From: Octopus sinensis
Lineage: Eukaryota
Direction of reading: 5' to 3'
Length of the DNA: 64,000 bases
Assembly: GCF_006345805.1 (NCBI RefSeq)
Contig: NC_043010.1
Span: forward strand, 20,336,001 to 20,400,000
Each line of letters begins with the position of its first letter. Within the stretch, counting starts at the first letter, position 1. The notes beneath the pieces were generated by a model, which saw nothing but the letters and a program-made list of their open reading frames with translations, did not search any database and was not told the DNA's origin. Position numbers and translations under genes: made by a program. Below, in pieces: positions 23,986-37,908 of this stretch.

Positions 23986-25552
23986 AACCTTCTCTTTATG
24001 GATGATTTAAAACTGTTTGGAAAAATAGAGCCTGAAATGGAGAGGCAGGTTGAGACTGCAAATGTGCAGCAAGGACATAGGGATGGAATTTGGTATCTTG
24101 AAGTGTGCTGTGCTTACTTTGGAGCAGGAGAAAAGAGTAAATTGCAGGAGCATAGAATAGCCAAACAGAGAGAGAATGGCAGACCCAGATGATGATGGGT
24201 AAAAGTACCTTGGGATCCTGGAGCTGGACGATATTTTGCACAGAGAAATGAAAGACAAGGTCATCACTGCATATTTGAAGCACCTCAAACTTCTTTTGAA
24301 ATCAAAGCTCAACTCAAGGAACCTTGTGACTGCCATCAACATACGGGCTGTTGCTGTAGTCCACTACAGTGCACTGATCCTGAGATGGACACAAGCAGAG
24401 ATTGACCAACTTGATTGCACTACTCGAGAGTCAATGACAATGCATGGTGCCCTCCACCCTAAGGCAGATGTACATAGGCTCTACATGAAGAGATGTAAGG
24501 GTGGATGTGGGCTGATTAGTGTATGGGAGTGCATCAACAGTGAAAGAAGAAACATGACAGAATATTTGGTAAACAGCAAAGAAGACCAGCTACAGTATGC
24601 TGCTAGTGCAGAAGGATTTACCAAAAATGGACTTGAGAGTGCTCATGAATTCCGATCAAGGACAGCCAACGAGAGAGAGAAGAAACCCTACTCCATATGG
24701 AATTACATGGTCAGTTACACCGTGAAACCAGCAATTTAAAAGGCCAGGAAGCATTGTGGAGGTGGCTCAACAAGAGTGACCTAAAAAAGAAAACTGAAAG
24801 CCTAATCATCGCGGCCCAGGACCAGGCATCGAATACCAACTCAGTGAAAAGGGATATGTACCACACAAGTGCAACAGACCTCTGCAGAATGTGTGGGAAG
24901 AGGGTCAAAAGTGTGACTCACATTGTTAGTGCTTGTGAAAGTCTTGCGCAGAAAGAGTACAAGCGTAGACATGATAAAGTAGCCCAAAACCTCCACTGGC
25001 TACAATGCTATAAGTATAGATATGAGGTTATGGGTGCTTAGTACCAATATACACCGGAAATGGTAATAGACAAAAAGGGAAAGGCAAAAATCCTCTGGGA
25101 CTTTGATTTCCAGACAGACAAGGTATTAGAACACTGAAGGCTGGATATAGTAACCTTTAGGAGGGACAAACAAGAGTGCCTAATAATCGACGCAGCAGTG
25201 CCAGGAGATCAACACATCATCATGAAAGAAAGAGAAAAAGTTGATAAATATGGAGACCTGAGAATTGAGATCACCAATGTGTGACAGTTATAAGAGTTGA
25301 CCATAAAGGTTGTGCCAATTGTGATTGGAGCCTTAGGTAGACCCAAGCTGAAAAAAACATCTGAAAACTTTAGAAGTACACTACAGTCTTGGTGTATTGC
25401 AAAAATTGGCATTACTTGGAACTGCAGGCATATTGCGTAAAGAACTGTCTGTCTGAGGTCCTTGTTGTGACTTGACAAACAGTACAAACCCCCAGGAGAC
25501 ACAATATCTTCAATCAACAACCTCACAATATTTGATAGTCTGTGACGTCTAC
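23986..25552 (+). mobile_element. 5'-truncated R4/Dong-clade non-LTR retrotransposon (RT C-terminus, CCHC finger, restriction-like endonuclease), pseudogenised; copy A
   Basis: Motifs in order: LLFMDDLKLF; DIGMEFGILKCA; KYLGI; RLYMKRCKGGCGLISV; CRMCGKRVKSVTHIVSAC (CCHC); YKRRHDKVA; ILWDFDFQTD...LDI...IIDAAVP...KVDKY (RLE); LQKLALLGTAGILRK*. Stops and frameshifts are present. Flanked on both sides by (AAT)n. Confidence 0.9.
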
Positions 25553-25605
<53 letters not shown>

Positions 25606-26533
25606 TAATAATAATAATAACAACAACAACAATAACAACAATAATAACACCTGTGCTCGTTTTGATTTTAAGATTGAAAATATTGACCTGGTTTGTAAAA
25701 TAATTAGGACTTGGGTTTGCACCCTCTAAATAAATTTTGTTCCTGCACTTATGGCCTTCATTGAATACCATCTGGAGTGGAATACCTTCGTATCATTTTA
25801 GCTATGATAAAACATGGCTGGAACATCCTTGACCATAAGTCTGTGTGATCAGAGCTTACTTGGGGATTAGCAACAACAACAGTTACAACATTTGATGGCT
25901 CAGTCTACCAAGCTGTAAATGAGTATCATGAATAGGGGCACCTCAGTCTGAAGCAATCTGTGCATGGTATATAACTCATGAGTATTTAATCATTTGGGGA
26001 GATCGGGGCTTGAAACGTCCCTTCAGTGTTTAGGGAGGGGTGACGACATGCACCAGGTAAGTAAATGATGGTAAACAGATGTTGTTAGTGAAAGGGTATA
26101 TGTGTTTATGTAATTATTGAAAGCAGATGTAATTAAATATCGTTATTGGTGAAGTACAGAAGTGACCTCCCCCCCAATACTTAATTTCTTTTCATTAACA
26201 TTTCTTGTTTACTTCGTTAAGTGAGCCAAAAATAGCAGAGAAATCATCGTTAAATCAAACTGCAACATCTTGGTTGTTTCTTTCACATAGGAAAACAAAA
26301 AAAAAATGATGGTGGATGGTTATGGTTGGAATATCTTTGATCAAAGATCTGTTGAACTGGAGCTGTCCAAGGGATAAGCAACATCAACAACAACATCAAC
26401 AAAAACTACTACAACCATCACCACCACACCATCACCCCACCCCAACAACAATAACAACAGCAGCAGCAACAACAACAGTTGCAGCAGTAAGAGCAGTTGC
26501 AGTAAAAACAACAGCGACAGCAGCAACAACAGT

Positions 26534-26850
26534 GGAGGTGCATTGGCCCAATGGTTAGGGCAGCGGAATCGCGGTCAGAGGATCGTAGTTTCAATTCCCA
26601 GACTGGGCTTTGTGTGTGTTTATTGAGCGAAAATACCTAAAGCTCCACGAGACTCCCTAACTTTCTCTCACTCTTTCTTCCTGTTTCTTGTCCCTGACTT
26701 CCTACGCAACCATTGAGCCTGGATGCGCATTCATCCATCCGTCGATGCTCTTGGTGTCGTGAGTTGACCTGCTTTCTCTTCTGTGGGTCTTACGAATAGC
26801 AAAGACCACGTTTCGGACTTCTCCCACTGGGACAAAGATCGCTTCACTCA
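26534..26850 (+). mobile_element. SINE family C (duplicated copy at 31718-32034)
   Basis: Aligns to the reverse complement of 43443-43800. Confidence 0.85.
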
Positions 26851-28357
26851 ACAAACAAACAAACAAACAGCAACAGCAGTTGCAGTAAAAACAACTGCTG
26901 CAGCAGCACAAACAGCAACTTGTTATGTTGTAACAGTTAGTTTCTCTTGTTTTTCAGTAAATTATTTCCAAGTTCTCACTGTTTAATTAGCAAAATTAAT
27001 TATATCTTGTATTTAATGATTTACTCAAATGTACTTTTAAAATGTATTGCTCTAAAGTGTCACCAGAGAGAGAGAGAGAGGGAGGGAGAGAGAGAGGGAG
27101 GGAGAGAGAAAGAGGGAAAGAGAGATAAAGAGGAGAGAAACAATAGTGGAAAGAAGAGGGATCAGGTAGACAGTGAAAGGGATTTGAAGGGAGATAAAGT
27201 GAGGCACAACAACAGAGACAGACAATGTGGGGCCTTGCACAGGGAAGTAAGAAAATGGGCTTCTCGTTTTAAGGTCAGAGTACATCTGCAGATATATATG
27301 GGGATATTCAGGGTAAATGGACGGACGGACACACACACACTCTCGCACACACATGCACGTACTCATACATGCACACACACACACTCATGCATACACATAC
27401 ATAGACACTCACACATACACACACAGACACTCACACACACTTACACACACACACGCACACGTATGTATATGTTTATTTTATTTACCTTTTGACTTGTTTC
27501 AGTCATTAGACTGTGGCCATGCTGGGGTGCAGAATGAACGGGGGGTGCCAGTACTTAATTCTTTCAAGCCTGGTACTTATGCTATCAGCCCCTTTAACCG
27601 AAACATTACAGTACTGGAACATAAATATACAAACACTGGTTGTCAAGCGATGGTGGTGGAGGTGAGGGGGGGAGGACAAACAGAAACACAGACACACATG
27701 CATGCACACACACACACCACCACCACTACCACCACCACCACCACCACCACAACTACCACCACCATTGTTCAATGTCTTGAAAAAATTACAAAAATTGATT
27801 CCAGGTGAGAATGCGATCGATAAAGCTGTTTTTGTCCTGCTTTCCGTCCGTCAAGCTGCACATAACTGCACCTTCCATGGCAAAGTCAATCTCCTGCAGG
27901 ATTTGAACTCAGAAACATAAAAACCATTAGTAAATAGTCATCTTTTACCTGTTTCAGTCATTGGACTGTGGCATCTTGAAGAATTTCTTTAGTCAAATGG
28001 ATCAAACCCTGTACTTATTCTTATTTTAGCCTGGTACAATTCTATCGGTCTCTTTTGCTAATTGTTAAGTTAAGGGGGCATAAACACACCAAGGTCAATC
28101 ATCAAGCAGTGCTGGGGGACAAATGCACACACACATGATGGGCTTCTTTCAGTTTCCACCTACCAAATCCACTCACAAAGTTTTGGTTAGCTGAGGTCAT
28201 AGTAGAAAACACTTGCCCAAGATACATCAGAGTGGGAGTGAACCCAAAACCATGTAGTTGGGAAGTGAGCTTCTTATACTACACAGCTACATCTGTACTT
28301 TTGCCCCTTTACAAGTTCATCATTCAGGTTTCCACTGATATATGACGAGAGAGAGGT

Positions 28358-28391
<34 letters not shown>

Positions 28392-28539
28392 CCATTAACT
28401 TTTCCATGCTTGCATAGGTTAGATGGAATTCATTAAAACAGATTCTCTATGGCTGTCGCCCTGTTCCTTCACAAGTTAATATTTCTCCGTAGCCAGACTC
28501 ACATTTCATGGAATATCGGAAGGGAATCCTACAGCTTGT

Positions 28540-29165
28540 ATAACAGAAACATTTTGCTACAACAAATCACCAAATGTAAAAAACAAGCAAACCTGAACAA
28601 CACCTATCCCCTACATGTATACATACATACTCTCTCCCCCCCACCTCTCTCTTCCTTCTATCATTTTATCCTGATCACTAGCTAACACACCTTCTCTTTC
28701 TTCACTTGGTTATTGTCTCTCACCCTCTTTTTTTTTCTCTCTTCCTGTTTTTGATTTGACCTTACAAACACATCTCCAACACCTTTAAGTCACTTCAAGA
28801 AAACCCTCAATCAAATAACACACTTTACAAGACTCAATGCTTGGAATGACCAATTATAAACACACACACACACACATACCTTGTGTATGGAACTCATACA
28901 CAAGGTACAGGAAAATTATATATACACCATTCTGCTTAAATAATGGAACTGCAGATACAATATCCTTATGTATCTTGCATCTGGTTTCATCCCTCCACTT
29001 CACTCTGTATTTCATATCTTCTCTACAATAATTATTACTTAAACATTTTCTCACACCGTCTCTGATGAAGGGATATATAAAATATCTCAGAAACAGCAGT
29101 AAGACCTTCTCTTTATAAATGGTCTGAAAACTATCCAGTCTTGGATATTTTTATCTCATTCTGTT
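28540..29165 (+). mobile_element. Putative PLE 3' UTR/pLTR with a hammerhead-like motif, ending at (AAT)n
   Basis: C/A-rich UTR-like sequence, then gtct-CTGATGA-a-gggatat[ataaa]atatctc-a-GAAA-cagcagt-a-agac (29058-29105), then ~60 nt to the (AAT)n array. The 5' boundary is uncertain. Confidence 0.5.
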
Positions 29166-30721
29166 AATAATAATAATAACAATAATAATAATAATGATAA
29201 CCTTCTCTTTATGGATGATTTAAAACTGTTTGGAAAAATAGAGCCTGAAATGGAGAGGCAGGTTGAGACTGCAAATGTGCAGCAAGGACATAGGGATGGA
29301 ATTTGGTATCTTGAAGTGTGCTGTGCTTACTTTGGAGCAGGAGAAAAGAGTAAATTGCAGGAGCATAGAATAGCCAAACAGAGAGAGAATGGCAGACCCA
29401 GATGATGATGGGTAAAAGTACCTTGGGATCCTGGAGCTGGACGATATTTTGCACAGAGAAATGAAAGACAAGGTCATCACTGCATATTTGAAGCACCTCA
29501 AACTTCTTTTGAAATCAAAGCTCAACTCAAGGAACCTTGTGACTGCCATCAACATACGGGCTGTTGCTGTAGTCCGCTACAGTGCACTGATCCTGAGATG
29601 GACACAAGCAGAGATTGACCAACTTGATTGCACTACTCAAGAGTCAATGACAATGCATGGTGCCCTCCACCCTAAGGCAGATGTACATAGGCTCTACATG
29701 AAGAGATGTAAGGGTGGATGTGGGCTGATTAGTGTATGGGAGTGCATCAACAGTGAAAGAAGAAACATGGCAGAATATTTGGTAAACAGCAAAGAAGACC
29801 AGCTACAGTATGCTGCTAGTGCAGAAGGATTTACCAAAAATGGACTTGAGAGTGCTCATGAATTCCGATCAAGGACAGCCAACGAGAGAGAGAAGAAACC
29901 CTACTCTATATGGAATTACATGGTCAGTTACACCGTGAAACCAGCAATTTAAAAGGCCAGGAAGCATTGTGGAGGTGGCTCAACAAGATTGACCTAAAAA
30001 AGAAAACTGAAAGCCTAATCATCGCGGCCCAGGACCAGGCATTGAATACCAACTCAGTGAAAAGGGATATGTACCACACAAGTGCAACAGACCTCTGCAG
30101 AATGTGTGGGAAGAGGGTCAAAAGTGTGACTCACATTGTTAGTGCTTGTGAAAGTCTTGCGCAGAAAGAGTACAAGTGTAGACATGATAAAGTAGCCCAA
30201 AACCTCCGCTGGCTACAATGCTATAAGTATAGATATGAGGTTATGGGTGCTTAGTACCAATATACACCAGAAATGGTAATAGACAAAAAGGGGAAGGCAA
30301 AAATCCTCTGGGACTTTGATTTCCAGACAGACAAGGTATTAGAACACTGAAGGCTGGATATAGTAACCTTTAGGAGGGACAAACAAGAGTGCCTAATAAT
30401 CGACGTAGCAGTGCCAGGAGATCAACACATCATCATGAAAGAAAGAGAAAAAGTTGATAAATATGGAGACCTGAGAATTGAGATCACCAATATGTGACAG
30501 TTATGAGACACCTAAGCTGAAAAAAACATCTGAAAACTTTAGAAGTACACTACAGTCTTGGTGTATTGCAAAAATTGGCATTACTTGGAACTGCAGGCAT
30601 ATTGCGTAAAGAACTGTCTGTCTGAGGTCCTTGTTGTGACTTGACAAACAGTACAAACCCCCAGGAGACACAATATCTTCAATCAACAACCTCACGATAT
30701 TTGATAGTCTGTGACGTCTAC

Positions 30722-30789
<68 letters not shown>

Positions 30790-33335
30790 TAATAATAATA
30801 ATAACAACAACAACAATAACAACAATAATAACACCTGTGCTCGTTTTGATTTTAAGATTGAAAATATTGACCTGGTTTGTAAAATAATTAGGACTTGGGT
30901 TTGCACCCTCTAAATAAATTTTGTTCCTGCACTTATGGCCTTCATTGAATACCATCTGGAGTGGAATACCTTCGTATCATTTTAGCTATGATAAAACATG
31001 GCTGGAACATCCTTGACCATAAGTCTGTGTGATCAGAGCTTACTTGGGGATTAGCAACAACAACAGTTACAACATTTGATGGCTCAGTCTACCAAGCTGT
31101 AAATGAGTATCATGAATAGGGGCACCTCAGTCTGAAGCAATCTGTGCATGGTATATAACTCATGAGTATTTAATCATTTGGGGAGATCGGGGCTTGAAAC
31201 GTCCCTTCAGTGTTTAGGGAGGGGTGACGACATGCACCAGGTAAGTAAATGATGGTAAACAGATGTTGTTAGTGAAAGGGTATATGTGTTTATGTAATTA
31301 TTGAAAGCAGATGTAATTAAATATCGTTATTGGTGAAGTACAGAAGTGACCTCCCCCCCAATACTTAATTTCTTTTCATTAACATTTCTTGTTTACTTCG
31401 TTAAGTGAGCCAAAAATAGCAGAGAAATCATCGTTAAATCAAACTGCAACATCTTGGTTGTTTCTTTCACATAGGAAAACAAAAAAAAAATGATGGTGGA
31501 TGGTTATGGTTGGAATATCTTTGATCAAAGATCTGTTGAACTGGAGCTGTCCAAGGGATAAGCAACATCAACAACAACATCAACAAAAACTACTACAACC
31601 ATCACCACCACACCATCACCCCACCCCAACAACAATAACAACAGCAGCAGCAACAACAACAGTTGCAGCAGTAAGAGCAGTTGCAGTAAAAACAACAGCG
31701 ACAGCAGCAACAACAGTGGAGGTGCATTGGCCCAATGGTTAGGGCAGCGGAATCGCGGTCAGAGGATCGTAGTTTCAATTCCCAGACTGGGCTTTGTGTG
31801 TGTTTATTGAGCGAAAATACCTAAAGCTCCACGAGACTCCCTAACTTTCTCTCACTCTTTCTTCCTGTTTCTTGTCCCTGACTTCCTACGCAACCATTGA
31901 GCCTGGATGCGCATTCATCCATCCGTCGATGCTCTTGGTGTCGTGAGTTGACCTGCTTTCTCTTCTGTGGGTCTTACGAATAGCAAAGACCACGTTTCGG
32001 ACTTCTCCCACTGGGACAAAGATCGCTTCACTCAACAAACAAACAAACAAACAGCAACAGCAGTTGCAGTAAAAACAACTGCTGCAGCAGCAACAACAGC
32101 AACTTGTTATGTTGTAACAGTTAGTTTCTCTTGTTTTTCAGTAAATTATTTCCAAGTTCTCACTGTTTAATTAGCAACATTAATTATATCTTGTATTTAA
32201 TGATTTACTCAAATGTACTTTTAAAATGTATTGCTCTAAAGTGTCACCAGAGAGAGAGAGAGAGGGAGGGAGAAAGAGAGGGAGAGAGAGAGGGAGGGAG
32301 AGAGAGCGGGAGGGAGATAAAGAGGGAGAGAGAGATAAAGAGGAGAGAAACAATAGTGGAAAGAAGAGGGATCAGGTAGACAGTGAAAGGGATTTGAAGG
32401 GAGATAAAGTGAGGCACAACAACAGAGACAGACAATGTGGGGCCTTGCACAGGGAAGTAAGAAAATGGGCTTCTCGTTTTAAGGTCAGAGTACATCTGCA
32501 GATATATATGGGGATATTCAGGGTAAATGGCCGGACGGACACACACACTCTCGCACACACATGCACGTACTCATACATGCACACACACACACTCATGCAT
32601 ACACATACTTAGACACTCACACATACACACACAGACACTCACACACACTTACACACACACACGCACACGTATGTATATGTTTATTTTATTTACCTTTTGA
32701 CTTGTTTCAGTCATTAGACTGAGGCCATGCTGGGGCGCCGAATGAATGGGGGATGCCAGTACTTAATTCTTTCAAGCCTGGTACTTATGCTATCAGCCCC
32801 TTTAACCGAAACATTACAGTACTGGAACATAAGTATACAAACACTGGTTGTCAAGCGATGGTGGTGGAGGTGAGGGGGGGAGGACAAACAGAAACACAGA
32901 CACACATGCATGCACACACACACACCACCACCACTACCACCACCACCACCACCACCACAACTACCACCACCATTGTTCAATGTCTTGAAAAAATTACAAA
33001 AATTGATTCCAGGTGAGAATGCGATCGATAAAGCTGTTTTTGTCCTGCTTTCCGTCCGTCAAGCTGTACATAACTGCACCTTCCATGGCAAAGTCAATCT
33101 CCTGCAGGATTTGAACTCAGAAACATAAAAACCATTAGTAAATAGTCATCTTTTACCTGTTTCAGTCATTGGACTGTGGCATCTTGAAGAATTTCTTTAG
33201 TCAAATGGATCAAACCCTGTACTTATTCTTATTTTAGCCTGGTACAATTCTATCAGTCTCTTTTGCTAATTGTTAAGTTAAGGGGGCATAAACACACCAA
33301 GGTCAATCATCAAGCAGTGCTGGGGGACAAATGCA

Positions 33336-33381
<46 letters not shown>

Positions 33382-33650
33382 ACACACACTCTCACACACA
33401 CACACACTCACACACACACACACACACATGATGGGCTTCTTCCAGTTTCCACCTACCAAATCCACTCACAAAGTTTTGGTTAGCTGAGGTCATAGTAGAA
33501 AACACTTGCCCAAGATACATCAGAGTGGGAGTGAACCCATAACCATGTAGTTGGGAAGTGATCTTCTTATACTACACAGCTACATCTGTACTTTTGCCCC
33601 TTTACAAGTTCATCATTCAGGTTTCCACTGATATATGACGAGAGAGAGGT

Positions 33651-33720
<70 letters not shown>

Positions 33721-33731
33721 ACTTTTCCATA
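29166..33731 (+). repeat. Direct segmental duplication, copy B
   Basis: Same order of LINE, (AAT)n, unique DNA, SINE, (GA)n/(CA)n, SINEs and (CAT)n as copy A. Confidence 0.95.
29199..30721 (+). mobile_element. R4/Dong-clade RLE LINE, copy B (inside the duplication; extra ~44-bp deletion in the endonuclease)
   Basis: Near-identical to 23986-25552. It lacks most of the taagagttgaccataaaggttgtgccaattgtgattggagccttaggtagacc segment at ~30503. Confidence 0.9.
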
Positions 33732-33952
33732 AACCATTTAAGAAACACAGAGAAACCGTTAGATTCACTTCAACATTTAAATCTAAATTGCCAAAATATT
33801 TTTGCTGCTTTGAGACCATGACCTGTTCACTGACAAAATTCTTCTCCTTTTTCTTCTTCCCTGCCAAGAATTCACAACAACCTCGAACCCACAAGAGTAA
33901 AGAAGAGAAATAGAGACAGGCAGAAACAAGAAAAATGCTCCTTGTATTTGAA

Positions 33953-34350
33953 TACTCTCTTTTACTTGTTTCAGTAATTTGACTGCGGCCATGCTGGAGT
34001 GCCGCCTTTAGTCGAGTAAATTGACCCCAGGACTTATTCTTTGTAAACCTAGTACTTATTCTATCAGTCTCTTTTACCGAACTGCTAAGTTACAGGGACG
34101 TAAACACACCAGCATGTATCAAGCAATGTTGGGGGGACAAACACAGACACACAAATATATACATACATATATAAATATACATATATACGACAGGCTTCTT
34201 TCAGTTTCCATCTACCAAATCCACTCACAAGGCTTTGGTCGGCGTGAGCCAATAGTAGAAGATACTTGCCCAAGGTGCCATGCAGTGAGACTGAACCCGG
34301 AACCATGTGGTTGGTAAGCAAGCTACCTACCACACAGCCACTTCTGCGCC
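33953..34350 (-). mobile_element. SINE family A, full copy
   Basis: Reverse complement of the 22000-22398 type. Confidence 0.85.
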
Positions 34351-34377
34351 TATACAAATATATGTGCCTACTATGCA

Positions 34378-34525
34378 AAAATTCTTTTTAAAAAGTCTTT
34401 TCTTTTAATTTTTCCAAAATCTAATTGTTTTCCATACTTACAGTTGAAAAAGTCTCAATTACTGAAACCGGTTTTGAAATGTTTTTTATAAAATTATTTT
34501 AGCATTTTCTACCTTGACTTTTTTT

Positions 34526-34530
<5 letters not shown>
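34378..34530 (+). mobile_element. Short 3' terminal fragment of the same PLE family as 57425-59692
   Basis: Aligns by eye to the reverse complement of 57425-57590 (ttacagttgaaaa.gtctcaa...gaaaccggt...tataaaattattttagcattttcta...) and ends in (TA)n. Confidence 0.8.
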
Positions 34531-34565
<35 letters not shown>

Positions 34566-35009
34566 ATATCTATCTATCTATATGTATGTATGTATATATA
34601 TTGAATTGAATCAAGGTATTTTCATATCAAGGACACCAAGCAAGGTTTGTGATCCGCACATTTGTATATACTGCCATATGCAAACACACCTGTATGTACT
34701 GATGTATAAACGGATGCATTCATAAACTTACGTATACATGTACATGCATACATAAATATTCACATACATATATACATGTACATTAAATTATGTAGCCATG
34801 CATTCGTGTGTATATATATATGTGGATGTGTGCATTTTTCCCTTGTTTACAATTAATATATATAGGCAAAGTGTGGCTGTGTGGTAAGAAGCTTAGTTCC
34901 CAACCACATGGTTCCAGGTCCAGTCCCACTGCATGGCATCTTGGGCAAGTGTCTTCTAGTATAGCCTTGTGAGTGGATTTAGTACATGGAAACTGAAAGA
35001 AGCCCATCG

Positions 35010-35050
<41 letters not shown>

Positions 35051-35349
35051 ATGTATGTATGTTTGTGTGTCTGTGTCGGAAACCAATAAAAGAATATATA
35101 TATATATTCTTTTATTTGTTTCAGCCATTTGACTGTGACCATGCTGGAGCACCACCTTTAGTCAAACAAATTGGCCCCTGGACTTATTCTTTCAAAGCCT
35201 AGTACTTATTCTATCAGTCTCTTCTGCTGAACCACTAAGTTGCCAAGATGTAAACACACCAATATCGGTTGTCAAGCAATGGTGGGAGGACAAACACAGA
35301 CACAAATACATAAATACAAACACATATATATACATATATACATATGTGC

Positions 35350-35396
<47 letters not shown>

Positions 35397-37318
35397 CGAT
35401 GGGCTTCTTTCAGTTTCCATCTACTAAATCCACTCACAAGGCTTTGGTTGACCCGAGGCTATAGTAAAACACACTTGCCGAATGTGCCACGCAGTGGGAC
35501 TGAACCTGGAACCATGTGGTTGGTAAGCAAGCTACTTTATTTTATAAAAATTGGCTATGGACTTACCACACAGCCACTCCTATGATATAAATGTCATCAT
35601 CAATCATAATATATATGATGGGCTTCTTTCTGTTTCCGTTTTACATATCCACTCACAAGGTTTTGATCTGCCTGGGATTGTAATAAAAAAAAAATTGCCC
35701 AAGGTGCCTGGCAGTGGGGTTGAACCTGAAGCTTCGTGGGTGGTAAGCAAACTTCTAAACTACACAACCATGCCAGTATACAATACAATTGATTGTACAC
35801 CTTTAATGATTATGTCTTAATTTAATTAAATAAAACAGTCTTAAAGAAATGCATGAAAGGTGAAGGTGTGGCTGTGTGGTAAGTAGCTTGCTTCCCATCC
35901 ACGTGATTCTGGGGTCAGTCCCACTGTGTGGCACCTTAGGCAAGTGTCTTCTTTAATAGCCTTGGGCTGACCAAAGCCTTGCGAGTGGATTTGGTAGACG
36001 GAAACTGAAAGAAGCCCTTGTAATATAAATATGTGTGTATGTGTGTGTGTGTGTGTCACCCCCACTTGACAACCAATGTTGGTGTGTTTATGTCCCTGTA
36101 ATTTAGCACTTCAGCTGAAGTGTCTGATAGAATATGTACCAGGTTTAAAAAAATCCAATGTACTGGGATTGAGTCATTTAACTAAGATGGTGCTCCAGCA
36201 TGGCCACATTTTAATGACTGACGCAAATAAAATGCAATAAAAAAAAAAGGATTAATGAAAAGAAATTTAGCAAAATTAGTCGGGGGTCTTTGTGAGAGCT
36301 TTTCAAACTAAAAATAATATCCTGCCTGGAATTCCCAAATTTTGTCATATTTTGGTAATTTGAAACAAGATGGGAAATTCCCCCGGTTAAAGAATTGTTG
36401 AAATAAAAGCTAAAGACACATATAACTGCCTTTGTTGTTTTTCTGAATAGACAGATCTATAGTCCAAAGTGTTCCAACCATAACCACCCCACCTTTTTAC
36501 TATTATCTAAGGATTGTCTTATACGTGTGGAAAATCCAATTCGGGTAAAATTTGAAGAAGTTCTGGCTGCTATTTCTTATAAGTTGCATGACCACATACA
36601 GGGTCCCTCAGCTCATCATGCACATTTGTTGTTGGTGTTGTTTAGGGCCTGATCAGCAGAACTATGTTCAAAGTAGTTCCAACTATGATCAACCCAGAGA
36701 GTGAGGAGGCGTGTAGTGTAGTGGTTAGGATGTTAGGCTCACAGTTCTAAGATAGTGGTTTCAATTCCTGGACTGGGGAGTGCTTTGTGTTCTTGAGCAA
36801 AATACTTTATTTCATGTTACTTTAGTTTACTCAGCTAGCAATATTGAGCAATACTGCAATGGACAAGCCAAGGAAGAATATATGTACCATGGAAAACAGC
36901 TGTCTGTTTGTCTATTTTATTTGGGAATGTAAACATACTGACATTGGTCTGTCTAAGGTTGGGTGAGGTGTGAATGTAGGGTATTTCTAGGGAAGCACTT
37001 GACCTGAATACTGGGCTATCAACACTGTTGGGTTCCATGCCAAAGCAAGAATTCTTCAGGTGCAGAAAATCCATGTTTCATGATGGTTATACTGTAAAAT
37101 GGGTTTGGCAAAAAGTAAATAAAGAAGAAAACAAAAAAAAAATTCTTTAACACAACTTTAATTATAACTTATAATTAAAGATGTGTTAAAAAATGTTCTT
37201 TCTCTTCTTTTTCCTTCCATTGGATTATCTATCTGTCTGTGTGTCTGTCTGTCTGTCTATCTATACTCATATACGTAAGTAACCATTTACACATATAAAC
37301 ACACACATGCACAGATAT

Positions 37319-37410
<92 letters not shown>

Positions 37411-37908
37411 CTATACCTACATAAATAAATACATACATATATATGTGTGTGCGTGAGCACGCACACACACACACACACACATATAGGTTAATCCATAAAG
37501 GTGACAAAAACACAAAATATAGATATTTTTCAAAAGAATTAAAAAAAATGCAAAACACTTTGAATTCACATCAATTTCTTTTCAAACTTTCATTTACATA
37601 TTAACTAACTATAAACTTATGTTATATAATAGTTAACAAGTAGGTATTATGTCCTTTCAGTGATTTATAGCAGTGCAAGAAACTGATACTAGTTAAAGGA
37701 TGAGATGGCAAAAATAATAATAATAATAATAAAAAAGTATCAAAAAATATAGAAAAAATACCAGTGTAGTGTAAGAGAACATATGGCATGTCATCACATT
37801 ATCATAATTAATGTGCATATATTAAAGTATACGGTATACAAATTAATATGTATAGATATATATTATGTATGGCTGTTTATATTAGCAATGTTCAACAGTA
37901 TATTGCTG

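Larger units (their letters stand above)
23910..28405 (+). repeat. Direct segmental duplication, copy A (~4.5 kb)
   Basis: Collinear and near-identical to 29166-33731 (offset ~5.17-5.29 kb). Differences are mostly microsatellite lengths and scattered transitions. Confidence 0.95.

Noticed and set aside
26947-27808. 181-aa and 163-aa ORFs, and their copies at 32.2-33.0 kb
   Set aside because: They are built from (GA)n, (CA)n and SINE sequence, with no domain signal.
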